A stretch of DNA of 64,000 bases from Rhodospirillales bacterium (GCA_038143065.1 JAYQLI010000035.1:1280894-1344893); one strand, 5' to 3'. Shown: positions 42,561 through 54,086, counted from the stretch's first letter. Numbers and translations are program-made. The notes: generated by a model not told the origin, from the sequence alone.

Positions 42561-43229
42561 ATGCCTAGGACCTGGCCATCCAACATTTGATAATTTTTAG
42601 CGCAACGCCCTGCGAGAGAGATCATGCGTTACTAGAAGAAGTGCCGCTGAACGCTCCTCAGCACGCGAAAACATAAGATTTATGACTGCCTCGCCTGTAT
42701 CTCGATCAAGATTACCTGTTGGTTCATCTGCCAACAAAATGTCAGCATTGCCAACGAAGGCACGAGCAATTGCAACCCGCTGTTGTTCTCCCCCGAAAGT
42801 TCACTCGGCAGATGATTAGATCGAGCTGACAGACCTACAGCCTCTAACTCTTTAGCGGCCAAATCACGGGCATCCCGCTGACCAGATAACTCTAAAGGGT
42901 ATTGCAACATTTTCGAGAGCGGTCATCGAAGGAATTAGATTAAACGCTTGAAATACAAACCCTATACGTTGCCGACGAAAACGAGCACGATCATCTTCAT
43001 TTAAAGTAGATAAATTGACCCCTCCAACGCTTACCAAACCCGAGGTAACTGTCTCTAAACCAGCCGCGACCAAAAGAAGAGAAGATTTTCCTGACCCCGA
43101 TGGACCAATCAATGAGGCGGTTTCACCAACACCAATTTCGAGATTTACTCCACGCAAAACATTGACGGAGTTCGTCTCTCTACCCAGTGTGAGAGAAACA
43201 TCTTTTAAGTTTATAGCGGCATTGGACAT
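42557..43229 (-). CDS. YbbA/LolD-like ABC ATP-binding protein (frameshifts)
   Basis: GPSGSGKS, IGFVFQ and PSELSG motifs; ATGA overlap with the permease. Confidence 0.88.
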
Positions 43230-43257
43230 GAATATTCCTGGTTGGGAAATTTTAAAA

Positions 43258-43908
43258 ATGATCTGCCCTCGATATGGCATTTTGGCTATGTTTTTCAACG
43301 CAATAGCCGGACTTATCCTGTTGCTGCCATCTTCCAGCGACGCAGCGGAAAAGCGGGTGCTGTTATTCGGAGACTCACTGATAGCAGGGTATGGCCTGCC
43401 CGTTAAGGATGGCTTAACGGCTAATTTAGATCGTGCATTAAATTCCATTGATGTCCAAGCAACACTAATCAACGCTGGAGTTTCTGGCGACACAACGGCT
43501 GGTGGACGAGCTCGTTTATCCTGGGCACTCGCAGATCAACCTACGCATGCGATTGTTCTCCTTGGCGCCAATGACGCCCTTCGTGGCCTTGATCCGGCAC
43601 AAACCAAAGCTAATTTACTTGCTATCCTTGAATCTCTGCGAGAAGAAGGTATACCCACGTTACTCGTCGGCATGCGCTCACCACGAAATTGGGGTGAGAA
43701 ATATGCTAACTCTTTTGATAAAATTTTTATTGACCTTGCCCGACAGACTAACTCACTTTTTTACCCATTTTATCTAGATGGTGTGGCATTGAATCCCGAC
43801 TACAACCAACCTGATGGAATTCATCCAAATGCAGCCGGCGTGGAACTGATAACCAGTCGCATGCTCCCAACAGTCAAAAAGCTGCTCGAACTTGAGACTT
43901 CTCGATGA
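43258..43908 (+). CDS. tesA: Arylesterase / acyl-CoA thioesterase I (SGNH)
   Basis: GDSL, NAGVSGDT, GANDA and DGIHPN motifs; divergent from ybbA-like gene. Confidence 0.85.
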   Translation: MICPRYGILAMFFNAIAGLILLLPSSSDAAEKRVLLFGDSLIAGYGLPVKDGLTANLDRALNSIDVQATLINAGVSGDTTAGGRARLSWALADQPTHAIVLLGANDALRGLDPAQTKANLLAILESLREEGIPTLLVGMRSPRNWGEKYANSFDKIFIDLARQTNSLFYPFYLDGVALNPDYNQPDGIHPNAAGVELITSRMLPTVKKLLELETSR

Positions 43909-45058
43909 CTAAAAAAATTTCCTTTCGCTAAATCGACGTTAACTGATCCACTAGAAGCTTCCTTTGAAGTAGGAGAAGCTCTCTCTAATTTTCCGATTAA
44001 AGGTGGATTTGGGATTGTCTACGTGACGTCATTCTTTGCGGAAAATCTCAATGTCATTTTAGAAACTCTGAAAGAAAAAACCGGTATAAGTGCATGGAGT
44101 GGTGGAGTTGGACTTGGAATAATTGCCAACCAGCTCGAAGTTTTCGATCAGCCAGCCATCGCTGCTATGATTATTGATATTCCGGAAAATTCGTTTCAAA
44201 TTTTAGGCTCGATTAGTACCAAAGAGGAATTTGAAACTTCCAAAGCGCAAGCTTGTTCTTTCGCATCTCCGCAAGGAGCAGCTTTATGCATTACACACAT
44301 CGACCCTCTTCAGGTGATCCTTCAGGGCATGGTCTCGCAAGCTTTCCAGCAGAGCTCTCGAGTGCTGCAGACTTATTTCTTGTTGGCGGTTTAACTTCCG
44401 GCCAGAACGCTATGCCAGCCATTGATAGTGGCGGAGCTGCAGCTGGCGCTGCTACCGGAGTCCTCGTGGCTCTGGATCAGAATATTTCGACCGGCGTAAG
44501 TCAAGGATGTACTCCTATCGGACCAGTACGATCAGCAAAAACTGCAGGAGTTGGTGTTCTCTCTCATCTTGGAGAAGAGAGTGCAGTTCGAGCACTCATT
44601 AAAGATTTAGAATTATCTGAACAAGCAGGCCCCAACGAACTGCGTGCTGCTCTAAACGGACTTCACATAGCTTTTCCGATTAAGGGTGCTGATCGTCAGG
44701 ATTACTTGGTTCGAAATATAACAGGAATAGACCTTGCAAAAGGCTTAATTGGCGTCGCTGAAGCAGCGGAAGATGGAGCAGCTGTATTCTTCTGCAGGCG
44801 CGATAAAAAAACAGCATCTAACGACCTAAAGGAAATGGCTGACAATGCTGCAAAAAGGCTCAAGACAGCAGCCCGTGGGGCTATCTACATTTCCTGCTTA
44901 GCTAGAGGTCCAAATCTTTTGGTCCTAACAATGAAGAAATAGCAATAGTTAAAGATGCTATCGGGGATGATGTGCCCGTCCTGGGGTTCTTTGCAAATGG
45001 TGAGATCGCTCACAATCGTCTTTATGGATATACGGGCGTGCTCGTTATATTTGGCTAA
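43905..45058 (+). CDS. FIST domain protein (several frameshifts)
   Basis: [22 protein letters not shown] and GFFANGEI...LYGYTGVL motifs. Confidence 0.8.
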
Positions 45059-45549
45059 TAGTCCCCTCGGCGCAGAGCACGCGCTTGGGAACGCTTCCAT
45101 TCACGATCTTTTAAGTCCTGTCTTTTATCTAATTGCCTTTTTCCCTTAGCGAGGCCAACTTCGAGCTTCGCACGACCTCTATCATTAAAATACAAACGCA
45201 AAGGTACTAACGTTGCCCCTTCCCGGCGAACTGCTCCGATCAGCCTTTCTATTTGCCTTCGGTGCAAAAGCAGCTTTCGGTCCCGCCGAGGTGCATGTCC
45301 AAAATTCTTAGCTCCCTCATATTCAGGGATATGAGAATTCATAAGCCAAACTTCGCCACCCCGCTCACCAGCATATGCCTCATTAATGCTACCGCGACCA
45401 AGACGCATCGACTTGACCTCACTACCAGTGAGGACAAGTCCGACTTCCATTGAGTCTTCGATTGTATAGTCGTGACGGGCGCGACGATTTTGGGCAACCA
45501 AACCCGTAGCTATCATTCCGCCACTTTTATTATTTTTTTTAGCGGCCAT
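45055..45549 (-). CDS. smpB: SsrA-binding protein
   Basis: [20 protein letters not shown] and KGKRQLDKR motifs. Confidence 0.96.
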   Translation of the reverse strand: MAAKKNNKSGGMIATGLVAQNRRARHDYTIEDSMEVGLVLTGSEVKSMRLGRGSINEAYAGERGGEVWLMNSHIPEYEGAKNFGHAPRRDRKLLLHRRQIERLIGAVRREGATLVPLRLYFNDRGRAKLEVGLAKGKRQLDKRQDLKDREWKRSQARALRRGDY

Positions 45550-45591
45550 CTTACCCAAAATTTCCTTTGGCCTGACTGAGACAGGCCAAGG

Positions 45592-46464
45592 TTAAATTAA
45601 ATCAAGAGCCTTCATAGCATCTTTCATTCTAGTACGTGCGATCTCACTAGCTTCAGCCAATGGCAGCCGAACTTGGTCAGACGCTTTTCCAAGAAGGCTA
45701 GCACCATACTTAGCCGGCGCAGGGCTTGGTTCACAGAAAATAGCATCATGTAGTGGCATTTAACTTTCATTAAGATCCCTTACACGATCCATATCCCCCT
45801 GCTGCCATGCTTCATGCATCATAGCGCAGAGCTTTGGAGCCACATTTGCAGTCACCGAAATACACCCCGAGCCACCCTGAGCCAAGTATGCAATTGCAGT
45901 TCCATCCTCACCGGATAGCATGCACCAATCTCTGCCGATAAGATTTGTCTCTCTTAAGGGTCGAGCAAGATCGTTTGTTGCATCTTTAACCCCAACCACA
46001 TTTGGCAACCCGGCTATTCGCGCCATCGTATTAGGTTGGATATCCACAACCGAGCGAGGTGGAATATTATAGACAATTATCGGAATATCTACGGCATTAT
46101 TAATAGCCTCAAAGTGCCTAAAAAGGCCTTCTTGACTTGGTTTGTTGTAGTATGGGGACACCACTAGAACTGCATCGGCACCAGCAGATTTTGCGTGTTT
46201 TGCCAAGTCGATTGCTTCGAGGGTCGAATTTGAGCCAGCTCCAGCAATCACTGGAACTCGTCCAGCTGCAGCTTCAATACATAACTCAACCACTAATTTG
46301 TGCTCTTCGTGAGATAAGGTAGGGCTCTCACCCGTGGTGCCGCACGGAACCAAACCATGACTACCTTCAGAAATCTGCCATTCCACAAACTCTTGAAATG
46401 CCTTCGTATCAACTTCACCATTCTTGAATGGAGTAATAAGAGCAGGCAAAGACCCTTTAAACAT
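45592..46464 (-). CDS. dapA: 4-hydroxy-tetrahydrodipicolinate synthase (artefactual in-frame TAA at 45760)
   Basis: GTTGE, PYYNKP, YNIP and GVKDA motifs; same frame continues [13 protein letters not shown] after the TAA. Confidence 0.95.
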
Positions 46465-46608
46465 ATCTTTCCTCCGCGACATTCGCGCTAAAACTTTTTA
46501 AGACGATACGCCTCTAGGCCAGCTCTCGCAAGGAAGACCATTGTCGAAAAACATACTTACTTGGAGTATAGTGTCGAAAGTTTGGATTAGATGAAGGGAG
46601 GGAGGGCA

Positions 46609-47289
46609 ATGAGCACCCTAGTTGGAGTTAAGGCCTATATATTTGATGCTTACGGCACCTTATTTGATCTTAAAAATCCTGTTGCCGCCCGAGCAGCAAG
46701 AGTAGGAGATAAAGCTTTTCAGTTGAGTGAACTATGGCGTCAAAAACAGCTGGAATATTCTTGGATCAGAAGCTTAATGGGCAGTCATGCCGACTTTTGG
46801 ACAGTCACTGGCGACGCACTAGATTTCACTCTGGATACACTGAATATCGACGACCCAGCGCTTCGCTCTGAGCTGATGGAACTGTATCTCTCCCTTCCAA
46901 CTTTTGAAGAAGTTCCTGATGTCCTCAGAACACTAAGATCCAAAGGATTGAAAACTGGCATCCTCTCGAATGGGTCACCTACCATGCTAACTTCAGCGGT
47001 GAACCACTCTAACCTTGCACCAAGTTTGGATTTTGTTCTTTCAGTTGAGGAAATAGGCATCTTTAAACCAGCTACCAAAGTATATCACCTGGCGGCTGAA
47101 CGATTAAACATCACTCCTGAAAAAATTGCATTCTTTTCATCGAATGCCTGGGATATCGCTGGCGCATCATCTTTTGGATTTCAGGCCGTATGGTGCAACA
47201 GAGGCAACGCCCCAAATGAAAGGTTGCCAGGGCAACCAATAGCTGAGATCACAAATCTAAAGAATGTTCTAGACCTGTTGGAGGGCTGA
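46609..47289 (+). CDS. Haloacid dehalogenase type II
   Basis: FDAYGTLFD, WRQKQLEYSW, LSNG, FKP and SSNAWD motifs. Confidence 0.88.
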   Translation: MSTLVGVKAYIFDAYGTLFDLKNPVAARAARVGDKAFQLSELWRQKQLEYSWIRSLMGSHADFWTVTGDALDFTLDTLNIDDPALRSELMELYLSLPTFEEVPDVLRTLRSKGLKTGILSNGSPTMLTSAVNHSNLAPSLDFVLSVEEIGIFKPATKVYHLAAERLNITPEKIAFFSSNAWDIAGASSFGFQAVWCNRGNAPNERLPGQPIAEITNLKNVLDLLEG

Positions 47290-47292
47290 TAA

Positions 47293-49668
47293 ATGGTAGC
47301 CCGAAAAATTTCGGCAACTGAAGCAGGACTTCCTTACTTCGAAGTATTAGAACTAGAAAAATCTGCAAATACCTTCTCCCTGGAAAGCCATACACGCGCC
47401 AAGGAAGCCCTGGAACGTGGCCTAGAAATGTCTGAACCAGGCTTCAACATTTTCGTTGTTGGCGAAGATCGAAGCGGTCGGATGACGGCAACGCTGGCTT
47501 TCCTTGAAGAAGAAATGGCGAAGCGCCCTCCCCCTCCTGACTGGCTATATTTGAACAACTTTCTGCAAGAAAATCAGCCGCACGCATTCCCTCTACCATC
47601 AGGCTTAGGGAAAGTATTTAAAACGCGTTTGAATTCTCTTATCTCACAGATCCGAGAGGGACTCGTCTACGCATTTGACCAAGAGAAAATGCAAGGAATT
47701 ATTAAGTCTCAAACAGAGCAGTTGAATGCAGACATTTTAGAGAAACTAAATAATTTAAGGTCAGAGGCTCACGATGCCGGTCTAGAAATTAATCAAACTC
47801 AGCAAGGACTATTCATCGTTAACTCGGAGAAGAAGGCAAAGGCAACGTCAGAATCTAAAAACTCATCAGAAGAAGACGGCGAAGACGTAAATATTAGGGT
47901 TCAAGAGCTAGAGTATAAAATTTCTCAATTCACAGAGTGGGTAACTGGAGAACAAATTAAGATTCAACAGAGTTCGCAAAATTTGGGCAGGAAAATTGCT
48001 GATGCCACTATTTCAATGCTTGTCAAAGATTTAAAAGAAGAATTTTCCGAAATTCAAAGTATTTGCGACTGGCTAGATGAACTTCAAATGGATGCCACAG
48101 AGAATTTCCATTTGTTCTTACCTCCCCAAAGCAACCAGGCGAACCATCCTGGCTATGAGCTTCCAGAGCGGCGCTATGCTGTAAATCTTTTTGTTGACCA
48201 TAATTCTAGCAAGCACCCAAAAGTGGTCTTAGAGGCTAATCCAACCTATCAAAACCTTTTTGGACGCTTAGAATATCGCCAAGAGGGAGGTGGAGCTGAA
48301 ACTGACTTCACCATGATTTGCCCAGGAGCTCTACACATGGCCAATGGGGGAGTACTAGTCCTCCGTGCCGATGCGCTAGCAGGATCTGACATTTCTTGGA
48401 AATTCCTAAAAGGCGCAATTAGAGATGAGACTATACAAATAGAGGAATTACATAGATTTAATGGCATTCCGATTGCTGGCGCACCAAAGCCACAGACAAT
48501 TCCTCTCAATCTGAAGGTCGTAATCGTAGGCACTCCTCACTGGTATTACACATTCTTTTCGTCTGACCCTGAATTTAGATCATATTTTAAAATAAAAGCC
48601 GAAATAGACGCTGATATGCCGGCAAGCTCGAACAACTTAAGTCGGCTTGGCGGCATTATTCAGAAAATGGCACATGACCGAGGCGGCTATACTTGTTCCA
48701 ATTCTGCCGTTTCTGAATTGTTTAGTTATGCCAGTAGATGGGCTGACAATCGAACAAGAGTTTCATCTAAATTTGAACAAATAGATGACTTAATTGCAGA
48801 AGCGGTCATCATCGCAAAACAATCAGGCAATCTTAAGCAGCTTGAAAAAGCTGATATCCAATCAGCAAGGACAGCACGATTACGAAGGAATAGTAGGGTT
48901 GAAGACCGTAACCAGGAGATGATCCAAAACGGAAGCGTTAAGATCGACTTAAACGGAAGTGTCATAGGGCAAGTAAATGGCCTAACCGTCCGCGACGTTA
49001 GCGATCATACATTTGGAAGTCCATCAAGGGTCACTGCTAGAACGTCTATAGGGCGAAAGGGCGTCATAAATATTGAGCGTGATGTAGCATTAGGCGGGCC
49101 GATACAGCAGAAAGCCGCGATGATATTGAATGGATATTTTTTGGGTACTTTTGCAAGACGAACCCCTCTTTCGTTTACAGCCTCTATGACTTTCGAACAG
49201 AACTATGGTGGGGTAGAGGGTGACAGCGCTTCATTAGCTGAAGCTGTTGCAATCATTTCAGATCTAGCAAAAATGCCAGTAAATCAATCTTTAGCCATTA
49301 CCGGGTCAATGAACCAGCTAGGTGTAGCTCAGTCTGTCGGTGGTGTACGACATAAGATTGAGGGCTTTTTTAGAACCTGCGAAAAATCCATAGCTGGCCT
49401 TACGGGGAAACAAGGAGTAATCGTTCCAGCCAGCAATAAGGAGCAAATTTTACTTGACCAATCGGTTCAAGATGCGATTTCTGATGGGAATTTCCATATC
49501 TGGACAGTTGAAAACCTTGCGGATGCGTTAGAGCTGATGCTAGGGGCTCCTGCTGGTGAAGAAGAACAAGATGGAAATTTCCCTTCGGAAACTATTTTTG
49601 GGCGCGTTCAAGCAACGCTGAGTATGTTTAACCATCAGCTTATCCTTTCCGAGCGGCAAGGCAGCTGA
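47293..49668 (+). CDS. Lon-like protease (LonC/AAA_32 type)
   Basis: ANGGVL, GQVNGL, EGDSAS catalytic Ser, KIEG Lys; degenerate Walker A. Confidence 0.85.
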   Translation: MVARKISATEAGLPYFEVLELEKSANTFSLESHTRAKEALERGLEMSEPGFNIFVVGEDRSGRMTATLAFLEEEMAKRPPPPDWLYLNNFLQENQPHAFPLPSGLGKVFKTRLNSLISQIREGLVYAFDQEKMQGIIKSQTEQLNADILEKLNNLRSEAHDAGLEINQTQQGLFIVNSEKKAKATSESKNSSEEDGEDVNIRVQELEYKISQFTEWVTGEQIKIQQSSQNLGRKIADATISMLVKDLKEEFSEIQSICDWLDELQMDATENFHLFLPPQSNQANHPGYELPERRYAVNLFVDHNSSKHPKVVLEANPTYQNLFGRLEYRQEGGGAETDFTMICPGALHMANGGVLVLRADALAGSDISWKFLKGAIRDETIQIEELHRFNGIPIAGAPKPQTIPLNLKVVIVGTPHWYYTFFSSDPEFRSYFKIKAEIDADMPASSNNLSRLGGIIQKMAHDRGGYTCSNSAVSELFSYASRWADNRTRVSSKFEQIDDLIAEAVIIAKQSGNLKQLEKADIQSARTARLRRNSRVEDRNQEMIQNGSVKIDLNGSVIGQVNGLTVRDVSDHTFGSPSRVTARTSIGRKGVINIERDVALGGPIQQKAAMILNGYFLGTFARRTPLSFTASMTFEQNYGGVEGDSASLAEAVAIISDLAKMPVNQSLAITGSMNQLGVAQSVGGVRHKIEGFFRTCEKSIAGLTGKQGVIVPASNKEQILLDQSVQDAISDGNFHIWTVENLADALELMLGAPAGEEEQDGNFPSETIFGRVQATLSMFNHQLILSERQGS

Positions 49669-49687
49669 AATTTAGGAACACGTAAAT

Positions 49688-50812
49688 ATGAGTAGTACCA
49701 GCCTTCGAGCAACCGGTTACGGCGAACCAGAATTTCTCACTTTACAAGAGCTCCCCGAGCGCGCTCGCATAAATTTACCCGACACATCTTGGGATTACCT
49801 TGCAGGGGGAGCTGAAACTGAAACAACTTATCTCCGTAATCGTCTCAGTTTAGACAGCCTGGCGTTCCGGCCTCGCGTTTGCAATGACGTGTCAACCATT
49901 GATGTTTCAGGGAATTTTATGGGCCTTAAAAGGCGTCTTCCAGTTTTCCTCGCACCAATAGGAAGCCTAGAAAGCTTTGCAGCCGGTGGTGGTGTAGCAG
50001 CAGCTAGAGGAGCAGAAACATTCGGCGTTGATCATATGGTCTCGTCTGTCACCCAGCCCGATATGGAAACAATTGCGGGGAATGTAAATCAAGCAACTCT
50101 ATTCCAGCTTTATGTCAGAGGAGACGACAGCTTAGTTGACGACCATGTGAAACGAGCTGAGGACTGTGGATTTCGTGCCTTCGCAGTAACGGTTGATACC
50201 GCCCATTATTCTCGGCGTGAAAGGGATATTATTAAACGTTTCTTGCCTGCAGGACGAGCACGTGGAGCAAATAAAACAGGTCACAATTTCCAAATGGCTT
50301 GGAACTGGGACAAGGTAAAACGCTTTAAGGACAAGCATACAATCCCACTCATACTCAAAGGTATAGCGACAGCGGAGGATGCGGCTTTAGCAGTCGAATA
50401 CGGCGTGGACTGTGTTTATGTCTCCAATCATGGTGGACGCCAACTCGACTATGGCCGAGGAGCAATTGACGTACTGCCAGAGGTAGTAGAGGCGGTTGGA
50501 GGTAAAGCAGAAGTCGCAGTTGACGGCGGTTTTTGCCGAGGTACTGATATCGTAAAAGCCATAATACTGGGCGCAAATGCAGACGGTCTTGGAAGAATGC
50601 AAGGTTACGCCCTTGCAGCAGGTGGAGAACCGGGGCTTGTAAGAATGCTAGAAATTCTTGAGAGAGAGTGTGAAGTTGCTCTAGGCCTACTGGGTGTTAC
50701 ATCATTCTCTGAATTGGATAAAAGCTACATCACGACAGCTCCTCCGGTTTTAACTCCAGGGCCTTTTGCTGCCTTTCCTCACCTTAAGTGGCCTAGACAT
50801 AACGAATATTAA
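49688..50812 (+). CDS. FMN-dependent alpha-hydroxy acid oxidase/dehydrogenase
   Basis: FQLY, TVD, ILKG, SNHGGRQLD and DGG motifs. Confidence 0.9.
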   Translation: MSSTSLRATGYGEPEFLTLQELPERARINLPDTSWDYLAGGAETETTYLRNRLSLDSLAFRPRVCNDVSTIDVSGNFMGLKRRLPVFLAPIGSLESFAAGGGVAAARGAETFGVDHMVSSVTQPDMETIAGNVNQATLFQLYVRGDDSLVDDHVKRAEDCGFRAFAVTVDTAHYSRRERDIIKRFLPAGRARGANKTGHNFQMAWNWDKVKRFKDKHTIPLILKGIATAEDAALAVEYGVDCVYVSNHGGRQLDYGRGAIDVLPEVVEAVGGKAEVAVDGGFCRGTDIVKAIILGANADGLGRMQGYALAAGGEPGLVRMLEILERECEVALGLLGVTSFSELDKSYITTAPPVLTPGPFAAFPHLKWPRHNEY

Positions 50813-50886
50813 TTTCTAGTACCCTTGCATCTGACTGAGCGATCTAGCAGTGTCGTGCTCCAAGAGCACGGGTTAGACTATACCGC

Positions 50887-51407
50887 TTGAGGAGGTTTTT
50901 TTTGCTTAGCACTCGTATTTGTACAATGTTTATCGCTTTAACGGTTTTGACTTTCCCTGCTGTTGCTCAACAACAACAGCAATTGACAAACATTCAAACT
51001 AGTCAAAACGGCGACTGGACCATGAAGTGCGGAGATTTGCCAAATAGCGGGCGTCTTTGTGAAATGACCCAGGTAATAAATAATCCGCGTGATGGAAAAC
51101 CTGTAATGCAAGCTGCCGTAGTTAAACCCCTGGGGAACAAGGCGCTTTATTGCGTTTCATAGCACCCCTTGGAATCTGGCTACGCCCGGGCCTCTCATTA
51201 AGTATTGATGGAGCAGAAGGGCAGAATATGGATTTTGCATTCTGCCTGAGGCAGGGCTGCATCGCTCAAATACGTTTGTCAGAAGGTCTAGTCAATTCAT
51301 TGAAACGCGGTTCTGCGGGGACAATAACTCTGCAAAATATTCGTCGTCAAAAACTGGACTTTAAACTCTCATTGAGCGGGTTCACGGCTAGTTTTGACCT
51401 CCTATAG
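50887..51407 (+). CDS. Invasion-associated locus B (IalB) family periplasmic protein (frameshift near 51135)
   Basis: Signal peptide; GDWTMKC, CEMTQ, PLGIWL, FCLRQGC and SLSGF motifs. Confidence 0.8.
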
Positions 51408-51772
51408 GCGGACCAATACATAGTTCGTTAAGGCCACTTTTGATCATCAAAACGCAACGACCATGCCAATACAGGAGCTTTACGCCCCAATGTAGGCATG
51501 ATGTTTTGACTTTAGTTCAGCTATTGCACCCGCATCACATTTAAAAAGGGCGGACAGCGTCTGTAACCTGACAGACCTGCTCATTACTCACGTCCAGCTT
51601 CTTCGTGCCAAGCATACAGCCTCTAGGTTAGACAATTCATTCCAGGAATTGGAGCTTTCTATGGGATCAGGCAGCGCTTCTAGCGGTTAACCGAATTGGC
51701 CCTATAAAATGCCTCGTTTTTAAAGAAATTTTTTCAAGGTGCATTTAAAGCTATTTAAATGCTCAGCTTAAG

Positions 51773-51807
51773 AAAAAGGCCCTGGAACAGATAAGTTCCA
51801 AGGCCTT
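51773..51807 (-). terminator. Intrinsic terminator of hppA
   Basis: On minus strand AAGGCCTTGGAAC-TTATCT-GTTCCAGGGCCTTTTT. Confidence 0.8.
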
Positions 51808-51832
51808 AATTCTCAAGAAGGAAACTGGGTTC

Positions 51833-53942
51833 CTAGTGCGCTAAGATTGCAAGCAACAGAAGCGCTACGATATTGGTAATCTTAATCATAGGATTGACGG
51901 CTGGACCAGCCGTGTCCTTGTAGGGATCACCAACGGTATCACCGGTGACTGCTGCCTTGTGGGCCTCAGAACCTTTACCGCCATGATTACCATCTTCTAT
52001 GTATTTCTTAGCATTATCCCATGCACCACCACCGGCTGTCATTGAGATAGCAACATAGAGACCTGTGACAATCACGCCCAAAAGCATCGCGCCCAGAGCG
52101 GAGAACGCAGCTGACTTACCAGCTATCATCCAAATCACAAAGTAAAGTACTATTGGTGCAAGTACTGGCAACAAGGACGGTACAATCATTTCTTTGATTG
52201 CAGCCTTTGTTAGCAGGTCAACACACGTATCATAGCGCGGGCGACCAGTGCCCTCCATGATACCTGGGATATCACGGAACTGACGTCGAACCTCTTCCAC
52301 AACAGAGCCTGCTGCACGACCTACTGCTGTCATTGACATCGCACCAAATAAGAACGGTAGAAGCCCACCGAAGAAGAGCCCAACGACCACATACGGATTG
52401 TTGAGACTAAAATTCGGGGTTACACCTTCAAAGAAGGTATAGGTTCCTGCGTTTGCAGCGAAATATTCTAGATCAGCGGTGTACGCTCCAAAAAGAATAA
52501 GTGCACCGAGTCCAGCAGACCCAATGGCATAACCTTTGGTAACAGCCTTTGTGGTGTTACCGACCGCGTCTAGAGCGTCAGTGGTATTGCGGACATCGCT
52601 TTCTAGCTCTGCCATTTCTGCAATTCCACCAGCATTATCTGTCACAGGGCCATATGCATCCAATGCCACAACCATACCTGCCAGGGACAACATAGCGGTC
52701 ACGGCAATCGCGATGCCGAAAATACCAGCAATAAGGTATGTGATGATAATTGCAGCACATATAACCAACGCCGGTAGAGCTGTTGCTTCCATTGACACAG
52801 CCAGCCCTTGGATCACATTTGTTCCATGACCGGTGGTTGACGCCTGCGCTACGCTCTTTACAGGGCGATACTCTGTCCCGGTGTAATATTCCGTAATCCA
52901 GATAATCAGACCTGTAACTGCAACGCCCACCAGGGCACAGATGAACAATCCAGTGCCACTGAAGGATCCAGACGGCCCCTCAAGAACCGTGCCCATACCA
53001 ATTACAAGTGAAGTAGCTGCAAGGATAAGCACAAGCGAGATCACGGCGGAAACAATGAACCCTTTGTACAATGCACCCATTATATTCTGTGACGCACCGA
53101 GCTTCACAAAGAAGGCTCCCGATAATTGAACCTATGATGGAGACCCCGCCAATAATCAGAGGGTAGACCAAGACTTGATCAATAATCGGCTGTCCACCAA
53201 AGAAAATAAGACCTAGGACCATAGTAGCTACAACAGTCACTGCGTAGGTTTCAAAAAGGTCAGCAGCCATACCTGCGCAATCACCAACATTATCGCCTAC
53301 GTTATCGGCGATAACTGCTGGATTGCGGGGATCATCTTCAGGAATTCCGGCTTCAACCTTGCCTACAAGATCGGCTCCAACATCGGCACCTTTGGTGAAG
53401 ATACCTCCACCCAAACGAGCGAAAATCGAAATCAAAGAAGCTCCAAAACCCAAAGCAACAAGGGGGTCTATCAGGTCGCGACCTTCGGCACCTACACCCT
53501 TTAGCACCCCGTAGTAGACCGCAACACCAAGTAGTGCGAGACCAGCTACAAGCATTCCGGTGACGGCTCCCGACTTGAACGCAATATCAAGTCCCCGAGC
53601 CAATCCAGCGCGGGCTGCCTCTGCAGTTCTTACGTTAGCGCGAACTGACACAAGCATACCAACATAACCCGCTAAGCCTGAGAGAGTAGCGCCTATCGCA
53701 AAGCCAAGCGCAGAAAGAAAACCGAGCAGAAGCCAGCTTAAGATGAATATTACTACACCAACCATTCCAATAGTAGTGTATTGGCGCTTTAAATAAGCGC
53801 TCGCGCCTTCACGGATTGCTCCTGCAATTTCCTGCATACGGGCGTTGCCAGCGTCAGCCGCCAGCACTGAGCGACCAATAATGATGCCATAGAGCACCGC
53901 CGCAAGGCCGCAAAGCAGCGTTATGTAATAGGCCATGTCCAT
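51833..53942 (-). CDS. hppA: Membrane-integral H+-translocating pyrophosphatase (frameshift near 53115)
   Basis: [35 protein letters not shown] and [10 protein letters not shown] motifs. Confidence 0.95.
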
Positions 53943-54086
53943 CTGAAGAGGCCTCCCCCAATTTGCTGTTAAGTAATGTTAATAGATAGGTACGACCCGG
54001 TGAACACCGGGTGCACAAAACCACGGCGGTCTATGCCAGATGACCATGTAACGTGCAAGTTGCACTACTGCGACAAAGCCGCCGGT

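Noticed and set aside
40900-43500. Long antisense/shadow ORFs (e.g. 41307-41978 +, 5' extensions of 42864-43493 and 43015-43908; likewise 16722-17522, 34822-35385)
   Set aside because: They overlap well-supported genes on the other strand and carry no motifs.
45567-45589. Hairpin TTGGCCTG/CAGGCCAA between dapA and smpB as an RNA gene
   Set aside because: Only an 8-bp stem in a ~40-nt spacer; no tmRNA or tRNA features.
45760-45762. In-frame TAA in dapA as recoding or pseudogene
   Set aside because: Explained by compensating A-run errors (EKLM expected) in an essential gene.
51540-51585. Cobalamin riboswitch-like words (AAAAGGG, CTGTAA, AGACCTGC)
   Set aside because: Missing the GGGAA, CCCCGC and GCCACTG core and correct spacing, and no gene lies downstream on that strand.
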